From Mobula hypostoma (taxonomy: Eukaryota), in contig NC_086107.1 in assembly GCF_963921235.1 (NCBI RefSeq), forward strand, positions 116,314,001 through 116,378,000: a stretch of 64,000 nucleotides of DNA, in the 5' to 3' direction. A program made the position numbers and the translations under genes. The notes under the pieces are model-generated. The model was not told where the DNA came from and searched no databases. It worked only from the letters and a program-made list of their open reading frames with translations. Below are positions 37,665 through 49,361 of the stretch, piece after piece; within the stretch, counting starts at the first letter, position 1; every line of letters starts with the position of its first letter.

Positions 37665-38320
37665 AATCAAGTCCTTCCAGGTGAGGCTGCACTTCATCTG
37701 TGAGCCTGTTGGGGCCGTCGACTGTATCCAGTGCTCCCGTTGTGGCCTCCTGTGTATCAGTGAGACCAGATGTAGATCTGGGGACTGCTTTACTGAGCAC
37801 CTGTGCTCTGTCCACTGGAAAAAGCAGGATTCCACTTCTCATTCCCGTATGTCAGTTCACGGCCCCCTCTACTGCCGTGATGAGGGTGGAAGAGCAACAC
37901 CTTATATTGCCTGGGTAGCCTCCAAGCTGATGAACAAGAACATCGATTTCTTGAACTTCTGGTACTGGTCTCCCCACCCCCCACCATTCCCTTCTCTCTC
38001 TTTATCTGTCGGTCACCTCCCTCTAGTTCTCCTCCCCATTCCCTTTTCCCATGGCCTTCTGACTCCCCTATCAGATTCCCCTTCTCCAGCCCTTTATTTC
38101 TTTTGCCAATTAACTTACCAGCTACTTACCTCATCCCTCCCCCCTCCCAGTTTCACCTATCACCGACCACTTTGTACTTCTTCCTCCCCTCCCCCCCCCA
38201 ACTTCCTACTCCGACTTCCTCTTTTTTCTCCAGTCCTGGTGAAGGGTCTCGGCCTGAAACGTCAGCTGTTTACTATTTTTCATGGATGCTGCCTGGCAGT
38301 TTGTATGTGTTTTGCTTAGA
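37665..38320 (+). mobile_element. Penelope-like element 3' fragment (decayed GIY-YIG endonuclease plus terminal repeat)
   Basis: FICEPVGAVDCIQCSRCGLLCISETRCRSGDCFTEHL is a decayed GIY-YIG with CxxC, followed by a hammerhead-like core. Related minus-strand copy at ~42505-42930. Confidence 0.8.
38231..38268 (+). ncRNA. Degenerate minimal hammerhead ribozyme of the Penelope-like element
   Basis: cagtc-CTGGTGA-a-gggtctcggcct-GAAA-cgtc-agctg; CUGAUGA core has A>G and stem I is mismatched, so probably inactive. Confidence 0.55.
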
Positions 38321-38580
38321 TCAAATCACTATTTGGTGTGACAGCCTTTTGCTGTAAAAACTGCATCAATTCCCTTAGGCACACTGTCATGCAGTTTTAT
38401 GAGAAAATTGGCTGGTAGGTTCTTCAAAGCATCTTGGAGAACTTGCCACAGTTCTTCTGCAGACTTTGGCTTTCTTGCTTGCTTCTATCTCACCAGGTGA
38501 TCTGAGACAGACTTGGTGATGTTGAGGTCACACCATCTGAAAGCATATAAAAAATCTAGGGTGCCTAAGACAGTACTATA
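38320..38580 (-). mobile_element. Tc1-like transposon fragment
   Basis: Resembles the Tc1 transposase C-terminus (LWQVLQDALK..LIKLHDSVPKGIDAV) on the minus strand. Confidence 0.5.
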
Positions 38581-38889
38581 GGTATATGCGTGTTTTTATA
38601 CGGTATGTATATATACACACACATACATACTTGCTGACATTTATAGCTTTTGCAGTGCACTGCTGCTGCAAAACAACAAATTTCACAACATATGCCAGTG
38701 ATATAAAACTTCATTCCTATTCCGAATGTGCACAGACTGTTTTCCCAGGGTTGGGCAATCAAGAACCAGAGGGCAAATGTTTAGGGTGAGAGGGGAGAAG
38801 TTTAATAGGGACCTGAGGGGGAAACTTTTTATTTTTTATTTCTTTAGAGATGCAGCACGGAACAGGCCCAACGAGCCGCACTGTCCAGT

Positions 38890-41073
38890 AACCCATCGGT
38901 TTAACCCCAGCCTAGTTACAACCCACCCGTTTAACCCCAGCCTAATTACAACCCACCCGTTTAACCCCAGCCTAATTACAACCCATCGGTTTAACCCCAG
39001 CCTAATTACAACCCATCGGTTTAACCCCAGCCTAGTTACAACCCACCCGTTTAACCCCAGCCTAATTACAACCCATCGGTTTAACCCCAGCCTAATTACA
39101 ACCCACCCATTTAACCCCAGCCTAATTACAACCCACCCATTTAACCCCAGCCTAATTACAACCCATCGGTTTAACCCCAGCCTAGTTACAACCCACCCGT
39201 TTAACCCCAGCCTAATTACAACCCATCGGTTTAACCCCAGCCTAATTACAACCGATCGGTATAACCCCAGCCTAGTTACAACCCACCCGTTTAACCCCAG
39301 CCTAATTACAACCCATCGGTTTAACCCCAGCCTAATTACAACCCACCCATTTAACCCCAGCCTAATTACAGCCCATCGGTTTAACCCCAGCCTAATTACA
39401 ACCCACACATTTAACCCCAGCCTAATTACAACCCATCGGTTTAACCCCAGCCTAATTACAACCCACACATTTAACCCCAGCCTAATTACAACCCATCGGT
39501 TTAACCCCAGCCTAGTTACAACCCATCCGTTTAACCCCAGCCTAATTACAACCCACCCATTTAACCCCAGCCTAATTACAACCCACCCGTTTAACCCCAG
39601 CCTAATTACAACCCATCGGTTTCACCACAGCCTAATTACAACCCATCGGTTTAACCCCAGCCTAGTTACAACCCACCCATTTAACCCCAGCCTAATTACA
39701 ACCCACCCGTTTAACCCCAGCCTAATTACAACCCATCGGTTTCACCACAGCCTAATTACAACCCATCGGTTTAACCCCAGCCTAATTACAACCCACCTGT
39801 TTAACCCCAGCCTAATTACAACCCATCGGTTTAACCCCAGCCTAATTACAACCCATCCGTTTAACCCCAGCCTAGTTACAACCCACCCGTTTAACCCCAG
39901 CCTAATTACAACCCATCGGTTTAACCCCAGCCTAATTACAACCCACCCATTTAACCCCAGCCTAATTACAACCCATCGGTTTAACCCCAGCCTAATTACA
40001 ACCCACACATTTAACCCCAGCCTAATTACAACCCATCGGTTTAACCCCAGCCTAGTTACAACCCATCCGTTTAACCCCAGCCTAATTACAACCCACCCAT
40101 TTAACCCCAGCCTAATTACAACCCATCGGTTTAACCCCAGCCTAATTACAACCCACCCATTTAACCCCAGCCTAATTACAACCCACCCGTTTAACCCCAG
40201 CCTAATTACAACCCATCGGTTTAACCCCAGCCTAGTTACAACCCATCCGTTTAACCCCAGCCTAATTACAACCCACCCATTTAACCCCAGCCTAATTACA
40301 ACCCACCCATTTAACCCCAGCCTAATTACAACCCATCGGTTTCACCACAGCCTAATTACAACCCATCGGTTTAACCCCAGCCTAATTACAACCCACCCAT
40401 TTAACCCCAGCCTAATTACAACCCACCCATTTAACCCCAGCCTAATTACAACCCATCGGTTTAACCCCAGCCTAATTACAACCCACCCATTTAACCCCAG
40501 CCTAATTACAACCCACACATTTAACCGCAGCCTAATTACAACCCACACATTTAACCCCAGCCTAATTACAACCCATTGGTTTCACCACAGCCTAATTACA
40601 ACCCATCCGTTTAACCCCAGCCTAATTACCACCCATCCGTTTAACCCCAGCCTAATTACAACCCATCCGTTTAACCCCAGCCTAATTACAACCCACCCAT
40701 TTAACCCCAGCCTAATTACAACCCACCCATTTAACCCCAGCCTAATTACAACCCATCGGTTTAACCCCAGCCTAATTACAACCCACCGGTTTAACCCCAG
40801 CCTAATTACAACCCACCCGTTTAACCCCAGCCTAATTACAACCCACCCATTTAACCCCAGCCTAATTGCAACCCACCCATTTAACCCCAGCCTAATTACA
40901 ACCCACCCGTTTAACCCCAGCCTAATTACAACCCATCGGTTTAACCCCAGCCTAATTGCAACCCACCCATTTAACCCCAGCCTAATTACAACCCACCCAT
41001 TTAACCCCAGCCTAATTACAACCCATCGATTTAACCCCAGCCTAATTACAACCCACCCATTTAACCCCAGCCT
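38890..41073. repeat. 30-bp minisatellite (~72 copies)
   Basis: (acccatcggtttaaccccagcctaattaca)n with interspersed variants and no indels. Confidence 0.97.
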
Positions 41074-43814
41074 ACCTCCCAGGACATGCCCTTTTCTCAC
41101 TGTTACCATCAGGTAGGAGGTACAAAAGCCTGAAGGCACACACTCAGCGATTCAGGAACAGCTTCTTCCCCTCTGCCATCCGATTCCTAAATGGACATTG
41201 AAACTTTGGATACTATCTCACTTTTTAAAATGATTATTTCAATTTTTGCACAATTTTTAATTTAACTGTTTAATATAGAATCATGTACGGTGTGATTTAT
41301 TTATTTATTTTTCTGAGGTTTTCACTGTATTGTATTGTAGTGCTGCGCATTACTCAACGTTTGCTGATGATATTAGACCTGATTGTGATGTGTCATCGAG
41401 GATATCTTCATCACTGTGCCTGTGTCCATCACTGAAGACCCTCACCACACTGGACTGGCCCTCTTCTCATCGCTACCATGGGTGAGGAGCTACAGGAGCC
41501 TGAAGAACCACGCTCAGCGATTCAGGAACAGCTTCTTCCCCTCCGCCATCAGATTTCCGGAAGGATAGTGAACCCTTGAACACGGCGTCACTACTGCGCT
41601 CTTATTTTGCAATACTCATTTATTTTATACATTCTTAATTGTAATTTGTAAAAGTTTTATGTATTCTGCTGCATAAAACAACCAATGTCACCTCATCCAG
41701 TGAGCTGGTGATAATAAAGCTGATTCTGACTGTCTTTGTAAAACTCTATTGTATCTCTTTTCTGCTGTGAATGGGAATTCCAGGGTTGTCTCTGACAATG
41801 AACTGAATGTAATATCTGAGTCTCTGGCGAGAGGAATTGACTATGGTCTTCAGGATGGGGACACACACTAGACCCTTTCCTGGGTGTCAATGTCTCTGAA
41901 AATCTACCCTGGGCTCAATCACACCGACGGTATACCAGAGGCCTTCACGGGTACCACCCTCCCTACTGGCAAGGATATCTTACCAGTGTCTCTACTCTCT
42001 CAGGAGAGGCATGTTCCTCACCACAGAAAGCACCCTATCCGCATACTTCACATCTCGGTACAGAGAAAGGTCAGCACATCATGGAATCAAGCGACCCCTC
42101 CACAGACTCTGTCTGCACCTCTCGTTGTCTCAGTAAAGTGGCCAGCGTCATTAAAGACCCTCCCCCCACTCCGGACGTTCCCTCTTCTCCCCACTCCCAT
42201 TGGGCAGAAGTACGTAGCACTGGGCTCAAGGAGTTGTTAGACTATTGCAGAATGCCCTGGAACACCAGTCTCAAGTTAACGTTTTCTGTCTTTAAAACTG
42301 TAGAGATTCACACTGATAAATGAAACAATGCTCCTCTGGACCAAGGTGCACAACACAGTACCTATACCTCACACACAACACATCGTAATATTACCACAAA
42401 CAAATCCACAAATAATAAGGTGCAATTATGACAGTTTACACGACGAGACCTGGGTGTTGGCAGGGAGTTCAGGGAGGAGAAGCTGTTTCCCACCCTAACA
42501 GTCCTTGAACACACACAAAATCCTGGAGGAACTCAACAGGTCAAGCAGCATGAACAGATAGTCCACGTTTCAAGCTGAGACCCTTCTTTGGGACTGAGAA
42601 GGAAGGGGGAAGACGCCAGAATAAAAAGGCAGGGAAGAAGGGAAGGAGGCTAACTGAAGGTGATCGGTGAAGGTAGGTGGGTGGGAAAGGTCAAGGGCTG
42701 GAGAAGAAAGAATCTGACAGGACAGGAGACTGAACCATAGAAGAAAGGGAAGGAGGAGGGGTCCCGGGGGAAGTAATAGGCAAGTGAGAAGAGGTAACAG
42801 GTCTGAGGGGGGAACAGAGGAAGGGGAGGAGGGTGGAAAGGGGAGTTTTTTCCTGGAAGCAGTAATCAATATTTGTACCATCAGGTTGAAGTACCCAGAC
42901 GGAATACAAGGCATTGCTCCTCGACCCTCTGCTTGGCACAAGATGATGTTACTGCTACAGTACCTCCTGCCCTGACAGTAGTGGGTCAACGTGATTGTTA
43001 AGGCCTTGCACCTTCTTGTCTGCCTGCACTGCACTCTCTTTTAACAGTGACACTTTATTCTGCACTCTCTAGTTGCTCTGCCTCAGTGTCTTACGGCCTG
43101 TATAATGATATGATCGGTATGAACAGAGTGCGAGACATTTTTCGCCGTATCTCCATACATGTAACAATAATAAACCAATCTGCCAAATGGCCTCAAGAAG
43201 GCAGCATCCATTACTGAGGCCCTCATCACCCTGGGCATGATCTCTCCTCACTGCTCCCGTCAGGGAAGAGGAACAGGGGTTCAGGAACAGTTTCTTCCCT
43301 TGCACCATCTGATTTCTGCATGAACACCACTGGAATTTGTGGTATTTTTTGGCAGTACTGCTGTTGCATATAATCTACTTCACTACACTTGTCAATGAAA
43401 ACAAACCTGATTCTCATTTAAACGTTGGTGGTGCATGCTGCTCTCAAGTCTAATGTTGTTTCAGACAAAAATGAAGCCCAACTGACCATTTAGCCTCTCC
43501 AGTTAACAAAAGATGATTCTCCCCATAATCATTAGCGTAATCCACCCTGTGATTCTCCCCTTACCAATGAACCTATCAATCTCAGCCTTAAATGCACCCA
43601 AGAATTTGGCTTCCACAGCCACCAACGGCAACAAATTCACCACCCTTCAGCTGAACAAATTCCTCCCTGTCTCCGTTCCAAATGGAGGTCCATTTTTCCT
43701 GAGGCTGTATCATTGGATCATGGTCTTTCCCATTGTTGGAGATATCCTCTCCACATCCACTCTGCCCTTGGTTTTTCAGTGAGACCTGAACCACACATGT
43801 GACATCTGTTCAAA

Positions 43815-44932
43815 GGTGGGTGAGGAGGGAGATTCACTCTGTGTCAGACCCCAGGAGTGTGTGATGGGACAGTGTGGAGGGAGATTCACTCTGTGTCTGA
43901 CCCCGGGAGTGTGTGATGGGACGGTGTGGAGGGAGTTTCACTCTGTGTCTGACCCCGGGAGTGTGTGATGGGACGGTGTGGAGGGAGTTTCACTCTGTGT
44001 CTGACCCCGGGAGTGTGTGATGGGACGGTGTGGAGGGAGATTCACTCTGTGTCTGACCCCGGGAGTGTGTGATGGGACGGTGTGGAGGGAGATTCACTCT
44101 GTGTCTGACCCCGGGAGTGTGTGATGGGACGGTGTGGAGGGAGATTCACTCTGTGTCTGACCCCGGGAGTGTGTGATGGGACGGTGTGGAGGGAGATTCA
44201 CTCTGTGTCTGACCCCGGGAGTGTGTGATGGGACGGTGTGGAGGGAGTTTCACTCTGTTTCTGACCCCGGGAGTGTGTGATGGGACGGTGTGGAGGGAGT
44301 TTCACTCTGTGTCTGACCCCGGGAGTGTGTGATGGGACGGTGTGGAGGGAGTTTCACTCTGTGTCTGACCCCGGGAGTGTGTGATGGGACGGTGTGGAGG
44401 GAGTTTCACTCTGTGTCTGACCCCGGGAGTGTGTGATGGGACGGTGCGGAGGGAGATTCACTCTGTGTCTGACTCCGGGAGTGTGTGATGGGGGGTGTGG
44501 ATGGAGATTCACTCTGTGTCTGACTCCGGGAGTGTGTGAAGGGACGGTGTGGAGGGACATTCACTCTGTGTCTGACCCTGGGAGTGTGTGATGGGACGGT
44601 GTGGAGGGAGCTTCACTCTGTGTCTGACCCCGGGAGTGTGTGATGGGACGGTGTGCAGCGAGCTTCACTCTGTGTCTGACCCCGGGAGTGTGTGATGGGA
44701 CGGTGTGGAGGGAGATTCACTCTGTGTCTGACCCCGGGAGTGTGTGATGGGACGGTGTGCAGCGAGCTTCACTCTGTGTCTGACCCCGGGAGTGTGTGAT
44801 GGGACGGTGTGGAGGGAGATTCACTCTGTGTCTGACCCCAGGAGTGTGTGATGGGACGGTGTGGAGGGAGATTCACTCTGTGTCTGACCCCAGGAGTGTG
44901 TGATGGGACGGTGTGGAGGGGTTTCACTCTGT
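43815..44932. repeat. 52-bp minisatellite array A (upstream of MAZ)
   Basis: (ctctgtgtctgaccccgggagtgtgtgatgggacggtgtggagggagattca)n, about 21 copies. Confidence 0.97.
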
Positions 44933-45059
44933 CTCTCTCCCCCTTACTCCCTCCGTTGTCCTCAACCTCTCCCTGCTTTCCTTCCCCTCTCTCCACCCCG
45001 CCCCTGCCTCTATCTCTGTCTATCCTCCCTCTATCCCCACTCTCTCCTTCCGTCTCCCT

Positions 45060-45583
45060 ACCCCCGGGGGAAGGGGGCGGGGACACCCCGGGTTCAGGGG
45101 TCACGCCGCTGCCGCCATGTCGCTGAGCGGCTGCTGTTTGTAAATAGAGGCGTGCGAGAGGACGCAAGCACCCGAGGCCGGGGTCTGGGGCCCAGCCAGG
45201 CCCGTGGCTCCCGAGGGGGCAGGAGCACCAGCAGCACGAAGAGCATCTGCAACCCGGGGCGAAGAACGGCAGGAGAGGCCGGCGCACGCCTGAGGCCCAG
45301 GCCACAGGGCCCGAGCCGAGCCTCAGCGCCGAAACCTCCTCTGCCGCTGCCGTCCCGGTTCCGGGAGCGCGGAGACCCGGCACCAGGAAAGGCGAGCCCC
45401 GAGCTGGGAGGTTCCACGGCTGAGGACCGAGGGTCCTGGGAGGACCTACGGAATTCGGGAGGACCGAGTCCCGGGCCCGGAGGACCGCGGTTCGGAAGCT
45501 GGGAGGACTGAGGGTCCTGGAGGACCGGGGACCGGCGGGAGGACTAAGAGCGGGGAAGACCGAGGGGTGGCGGGAGGACTGGC
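45060..45583 (+). promoter_or_regulatory. MAZ: MAZ CpG-rich promoter / 5' UTR
   Basis: CpG-rich; GC box ggggcgggg at ~45074; gccgccatgt (YY1-like or Kozak uATG) at 45111-45120; directly upstream of the MAZ ATG. Confidence 0.65.
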
Positions 45584-45616
45584 ATGGACGCCGCTTGGAG
45601 CAGCTTCATCTTCCCG
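45584..45616 (+). CDS. MAZ: MAZ coding exon 1 (MDAAWSSFIFP)
   Basis: ATG in ggcATGg context and donor gtgaga; matches the short WxxFxF N-terminal exon of the MAZ/VEZF1 family; phase 0. Confidence 0.85.
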
Positions 45617-45884
45617 GTGAGACCCAGGGGAGCGGGGGGCGGGGCTACGGGGGAGGGGGGAGTGGGAGGGCGAGGCCACGGGGTGGGGTGGGAGAGGGGA
45701 ATGGGCGTGGCCACACGGTATATGGGGGAGGGGAGGGGCTAGGGGTAACGGGCGTGATTAGAGGGGGGCTATACTGGGCGCAGCTCCGTGGGTGGGGGTC
45801 TGTAGGGAATGGGCGTGGCTTCGGGGTAAGGGGCGGGGCTACATGAACGGGGTCGGGGGAAGGGACATTACGGCGATAAGGGGT

Positions 45885-46175
45885 GGGGCTAATGGGAGGG
45901 GGCAGGAGTGTGGGGTGGGGCTAGAGGGAGGGGGCAGGGGTGTGGGGTGGGGCTAGAGGGAGGGGGCAGGGTGTGGGGTGGGGCTAGAGGGAGGGGGCAG
46001 GGTGTGGGGTGGGGCTAGAGGGAGGGGGCAGGGGTGTGGGGTGGGGCTAGAGGGAGGGGGCAGGGTGTGGGGTGGGGCTACAGGGAGGGGGCAGGGTGCC
46101 GGGTGTGGCTAGAGGGAGGGGGCTGGGGTGTGGGGTGGGGCTACAGGGAAGGGGCAGGGGTGTGGGGTGGGGGTA
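45885..46175. repeat. ~31-bp G-rich tandem repeat in MAZ intron 1
   Basis: (ggggtggggctagagggagggggcagggtgt)n, about 9 copies. Confidence 0.9.
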
Positions 46176-47025
46176 GAGGAGTGAGGCTTTGTGAGGAGGG
46201 ACAGAACCACCAGAGTGGGGCAGGACTACCAGCGAGCCTGCAGAAGGGGTTGGGGGGGTGAGTGAGGGTCTGAGGGGTGAGCATGGCCCACCAGCCCATG
46301 GGGATTTAAGGGAGGGTGGGTGTGGCCTGAGTTGTTGGGGCACTGTGATTGGCTGCTGGGCTCGAAGGGGTGGGAACTGAGCCATGAGTGACACGGTAGG
46401 TGACCAGTGCGAGAGGCAGAGACACTGGTGACTGACGGGCTCGGGATGACATATTGGGTACTGGCATTTCAGGAACTGTGGGGCGCTGGATTAGCCTGTT
46501 CGAACTTCAACAGGGTTGTCTATCATCGGACTGGGGTAAAGGAATGAAAGGTTAGGGATCAAAGGTCCAGAGATGAGCATTTGAGCATTTAGGGTCAAGG
46601 GGGCAGCGGGTGGAAGGTTGAGAGGTGAGGGTGAACAGTAAAGTGTAGGATTGAAGTGAGGGGTCAAATGTCAGAGGTGAGGGGTTAGGCAGTGAGGACG
46701 AAGGCAGAGATGTGGAGAGCAGAGAGGCTGGCGTCAGGGGCGAGGGTGCAGGGTACGAGGGTTAAGATGTGTAGGGGTTGAAGGGTGGAGAGGACAGTTG
46801 AGGGGTTAGGGGTCAGTGGGTCGAGATGAGAAGCTGAGAGGTGGGGTGCTCAAGGATTAAGAGGCTGGTGTTGAGAGATTTGGCTCCTGGCGGGGTTGAG
46901 GAGTGGGAGGTGTTGGGGGGTGGTGAAATGTAAAAATGCCACTCACTCCTCCATATTGCTCCTTGTATCCCTCACCCCACCTTTCTCCCCAAATCCCTTC
47001 ACCCCCCACTCCCGATACACAACAG

Positions 47026-47585
47026 CCGACCTCGTCTGATACTCCCACAACTCTTCAGGCTGACTTTCTTCCCATCCTGGGCTCCCCCCCAGAGGAAGGG
47101 GCAGCCCCCCCTCCAGCACCTCCTCCTCCTGCACCCAGTACACCGGCTCCAGGACAGGATGAGGAGGGAAGGGGCGGGACACCGGAGGCAGCCCCCACAC
47201 CCCGCTCCCGCCCACGGGGCCCCTTCATCTGCCCCCTCTGCGGGAAGCACTTCAAGAACAGCTACAACCTGAGGCGTCACCAGGGGACCCACCGAGCAGG
47301 GGCCAGGAGGGCCCCCACCTCCTCGCCCTCCTCCCCCACCACCCCCAGCCCCCCTCCCCGGCCGCCCAGGAAGGAGCACAGCTGCGAGCTCTGCGCCAAG
47401 GCATTCCGCGACGTCTACCACTTGAACCGTCACCGCCTCTCGCACTCGGACGAGAAGCCCTTCGAGTGCCCCGTCTGCCAGCAGAGGTTCAAACGCAAGG
47501 ACCGCATGAGCTACCACGTCCGCTCGCACGAGGGTGGCGTGCACCGGCCCTACGGCTGCAGCCACTGCGGCAAGGGCTTCTCCAG
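47026..47585 (+). CDS. MAZ: MAZ coding exon 2 (Pro-rich region, C2H2 fingers 1-3 and start of finger 4)
   Basis: LQADFLPIL, CPLCGKHFKNSYNLRRH, AFRDVYHLNRH and RFKRKDRMSYHVRSH. Acceptor at 47024-47025 (alternative in-frame AG at 47057-47058); donor gtgag. Confidence 0.93.
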
Positions 47586-48135
47586 GTGAGGGGGAGGCAG
47601 AGGGGGGAGAGAGGGGAGAGAGGGGAAGATGGGGCAGAGAGAGGAGGGAAGTGGAGGGGAGAGGGGAGCGGAGAGTGGAGCGGAAGATGGAGGGGAGTGG
47701 AGGGAGGGAGGGAGGGGGAGTGGAGGGGGAGATGGGGCAGTGAGGGGGAGGGGATGAAGCGTGCGAGGGGGAGGGGAGAGTTGAGAAGGGAGGGAGAGGA
47801 GGGGTGAGGGAGAATGTGATGGAGGAGAGGACGGGGAGGTGGAGGGAGAGGAGGAGGAGGAGGGAAAGGATGGGAGGTGATGGCGAGGGAACACAGTGTG
47901 AGAGAGGCAATGGTGCTATACTGACCCAATGGCTGCAGCCACTGTGACACGATTCTCTGGGAGTATCTCAGGTACCGGGGCGGGTGGAGAAGGGGCAGAG
48001 GGCGAAGGTGAGGAAAGGGAGAGGTGGAAGTGGGTAACGGAGGATGTGGCCATGTGGGATTATTTTGGACATTTACCTTTACTTGTTCCCTCCCCCACCC
48101 CAAACCAACCCCCCTCACCATCGGCTCTGTTCCAG

Positions 48136-48199
48136 ACCCGACCACCTCAATAGTCACATCCGGCAGGTCCACTCGACAGAGAGACCCTTCAAGTGTCAG
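48136..48199 (+). CDS. MAZ: MAZ coding exon 3 (PDHLNSHIRQVHSTERPFKCQ)
   Basis: 64 nt; AG/GT; HLNSH.RQVH is MAZ-type rather than VEZF1-type. Confidence 0.95.
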
Positions 48200-48433
48200 G
48201 TAGGGCGAAAGCGGCAATGGGGGGGCGGGGGTCCAGATGGAGGAATGGTGGGAGGGGGAACATAGAGGAAGGGAAGCTGTGCATAGCTTGGGAATATGCC
48301 ATAATCTGACACTCCCCCCCCCCACTCCCCCCTCCCCACCTCTCTGTCCCTCCCTCTCTCCTCCTCCCCCACTCCCCCACTTCCCCTGTCTCACCTCCCC
48401 CCCCATCCCCACCATCCCCCCACCCCTGGACAG

Positions 48434-48605
48434 ACATGTACAGCTGCGTTTGCCACGAAGGACCGTCTCCGGGCCCACATGATCCGACACGAAGAGAAGG
48501 TCCCATGTCACGTTTGTGGGAAACTACTGAGTGCAGCCTATATCACCGACCACATGAAGGTTCACAATGACAGCCCCAATCACACATGTGACATCTGTAA
48601 CAAAG
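48434..48605 (+). CDS. MAZ: MAZ coding exon 4 (TCTAAFATKDRLRAHMIRHEEKVPCHVCGK...CDICNK)
   Basis: 172 nt; AG/GT; HEEKVPCHVCGK diagnostic for MAZ. Confidence 0.95.
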
Positions 48606-48611
48606 GTGGGT

Positions 48612-49246
48612 GCAGAGGGAACTTCACTCCGTGTCTGACCCCGGGAGTGTGTGATGGGACAGTGTGGAGGGAGATTCACTCTGTGTCTGACCCCGGGAGT
48701 GTGTGATGGGATGGTGTGGAGGGAGATTCACTGTGTGTCTGACCCCGGGAGTGTGTGATGTGATGTTGTAGAGGGAGATTCACTCTGTGCTGATCCCGGG
48801 ATTGTGTGATGGGACGGTGTGGAGGGAGATTCACTCTGTGTCTGACCCCGGGAGTGTGTGATGGGACGGAACTTCACTCCGTGTCTGACCACGGGAGTGT
48901 GTGATGGGACGGTGTGGAGGGAGTTTCACTCTGTGTCTGACCGCGGGAGTGTGTGATGGGACGGTGTGGAGGGAGATTCACTCTGTGTCTGACCCCGGGA
49001 GTGTGTGATGGGACGGTGTGGAGGGAGATTCACTCTGTGTCTGACCCCGGGAGTGCGTGATGGGACGGTGTGGAGGTAGATTCACTCTGTGTCTGACCCC
49101 GGGAGTGTGTGATGGGACGGTGTGGAGGGAGATTCACTCTGTGTCTGACCCCGGGAGAGTGTGATGGGACGGTGTGGAGGGAGCTTCACTCTGTGTCTGA
49201 CCCCGGGAGTGTGTGATGGAGGGTGTGTCACTCTGTGTCTGACCCC
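48612..49246. repeat. 52-bp minisatellite array B, left part (MAZ intron 4)
   Basis: Same unit as 43815-44932; starts just after the exon 4 donor. Confidence 0.95.
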
Positions 49247-49361
49247 TTTTTTTTTTGTTTTTGTTTTTATACAAAATTCTTTATTACAAATGTCGGTGCT
49301 ATACAATATTTACAAACCCAGTGACTAACATATTTACTACACTACAAACAGACAATACATC

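Noticed and set aside
38890..41073. CRISPR-like or telomeric array, and a 796-aa ORF
   Set aside because: Head-to-tail 30-bp units without unique spacers, no cas genes, vertebrate context; not (TTAGGG)n.
43770..43822. Tx1-mediated 3' transduction as the proven origin of array A
   Set aside because: No poly(A/T) tract directly at the junction and no TSD found; the mechanism is left open.
44769..45511. ~200-aa GC-rich ORFs over the MAZ promoter
   Set aside because: Expected in stop-poor CpG-island sequence; no recognisable homology.
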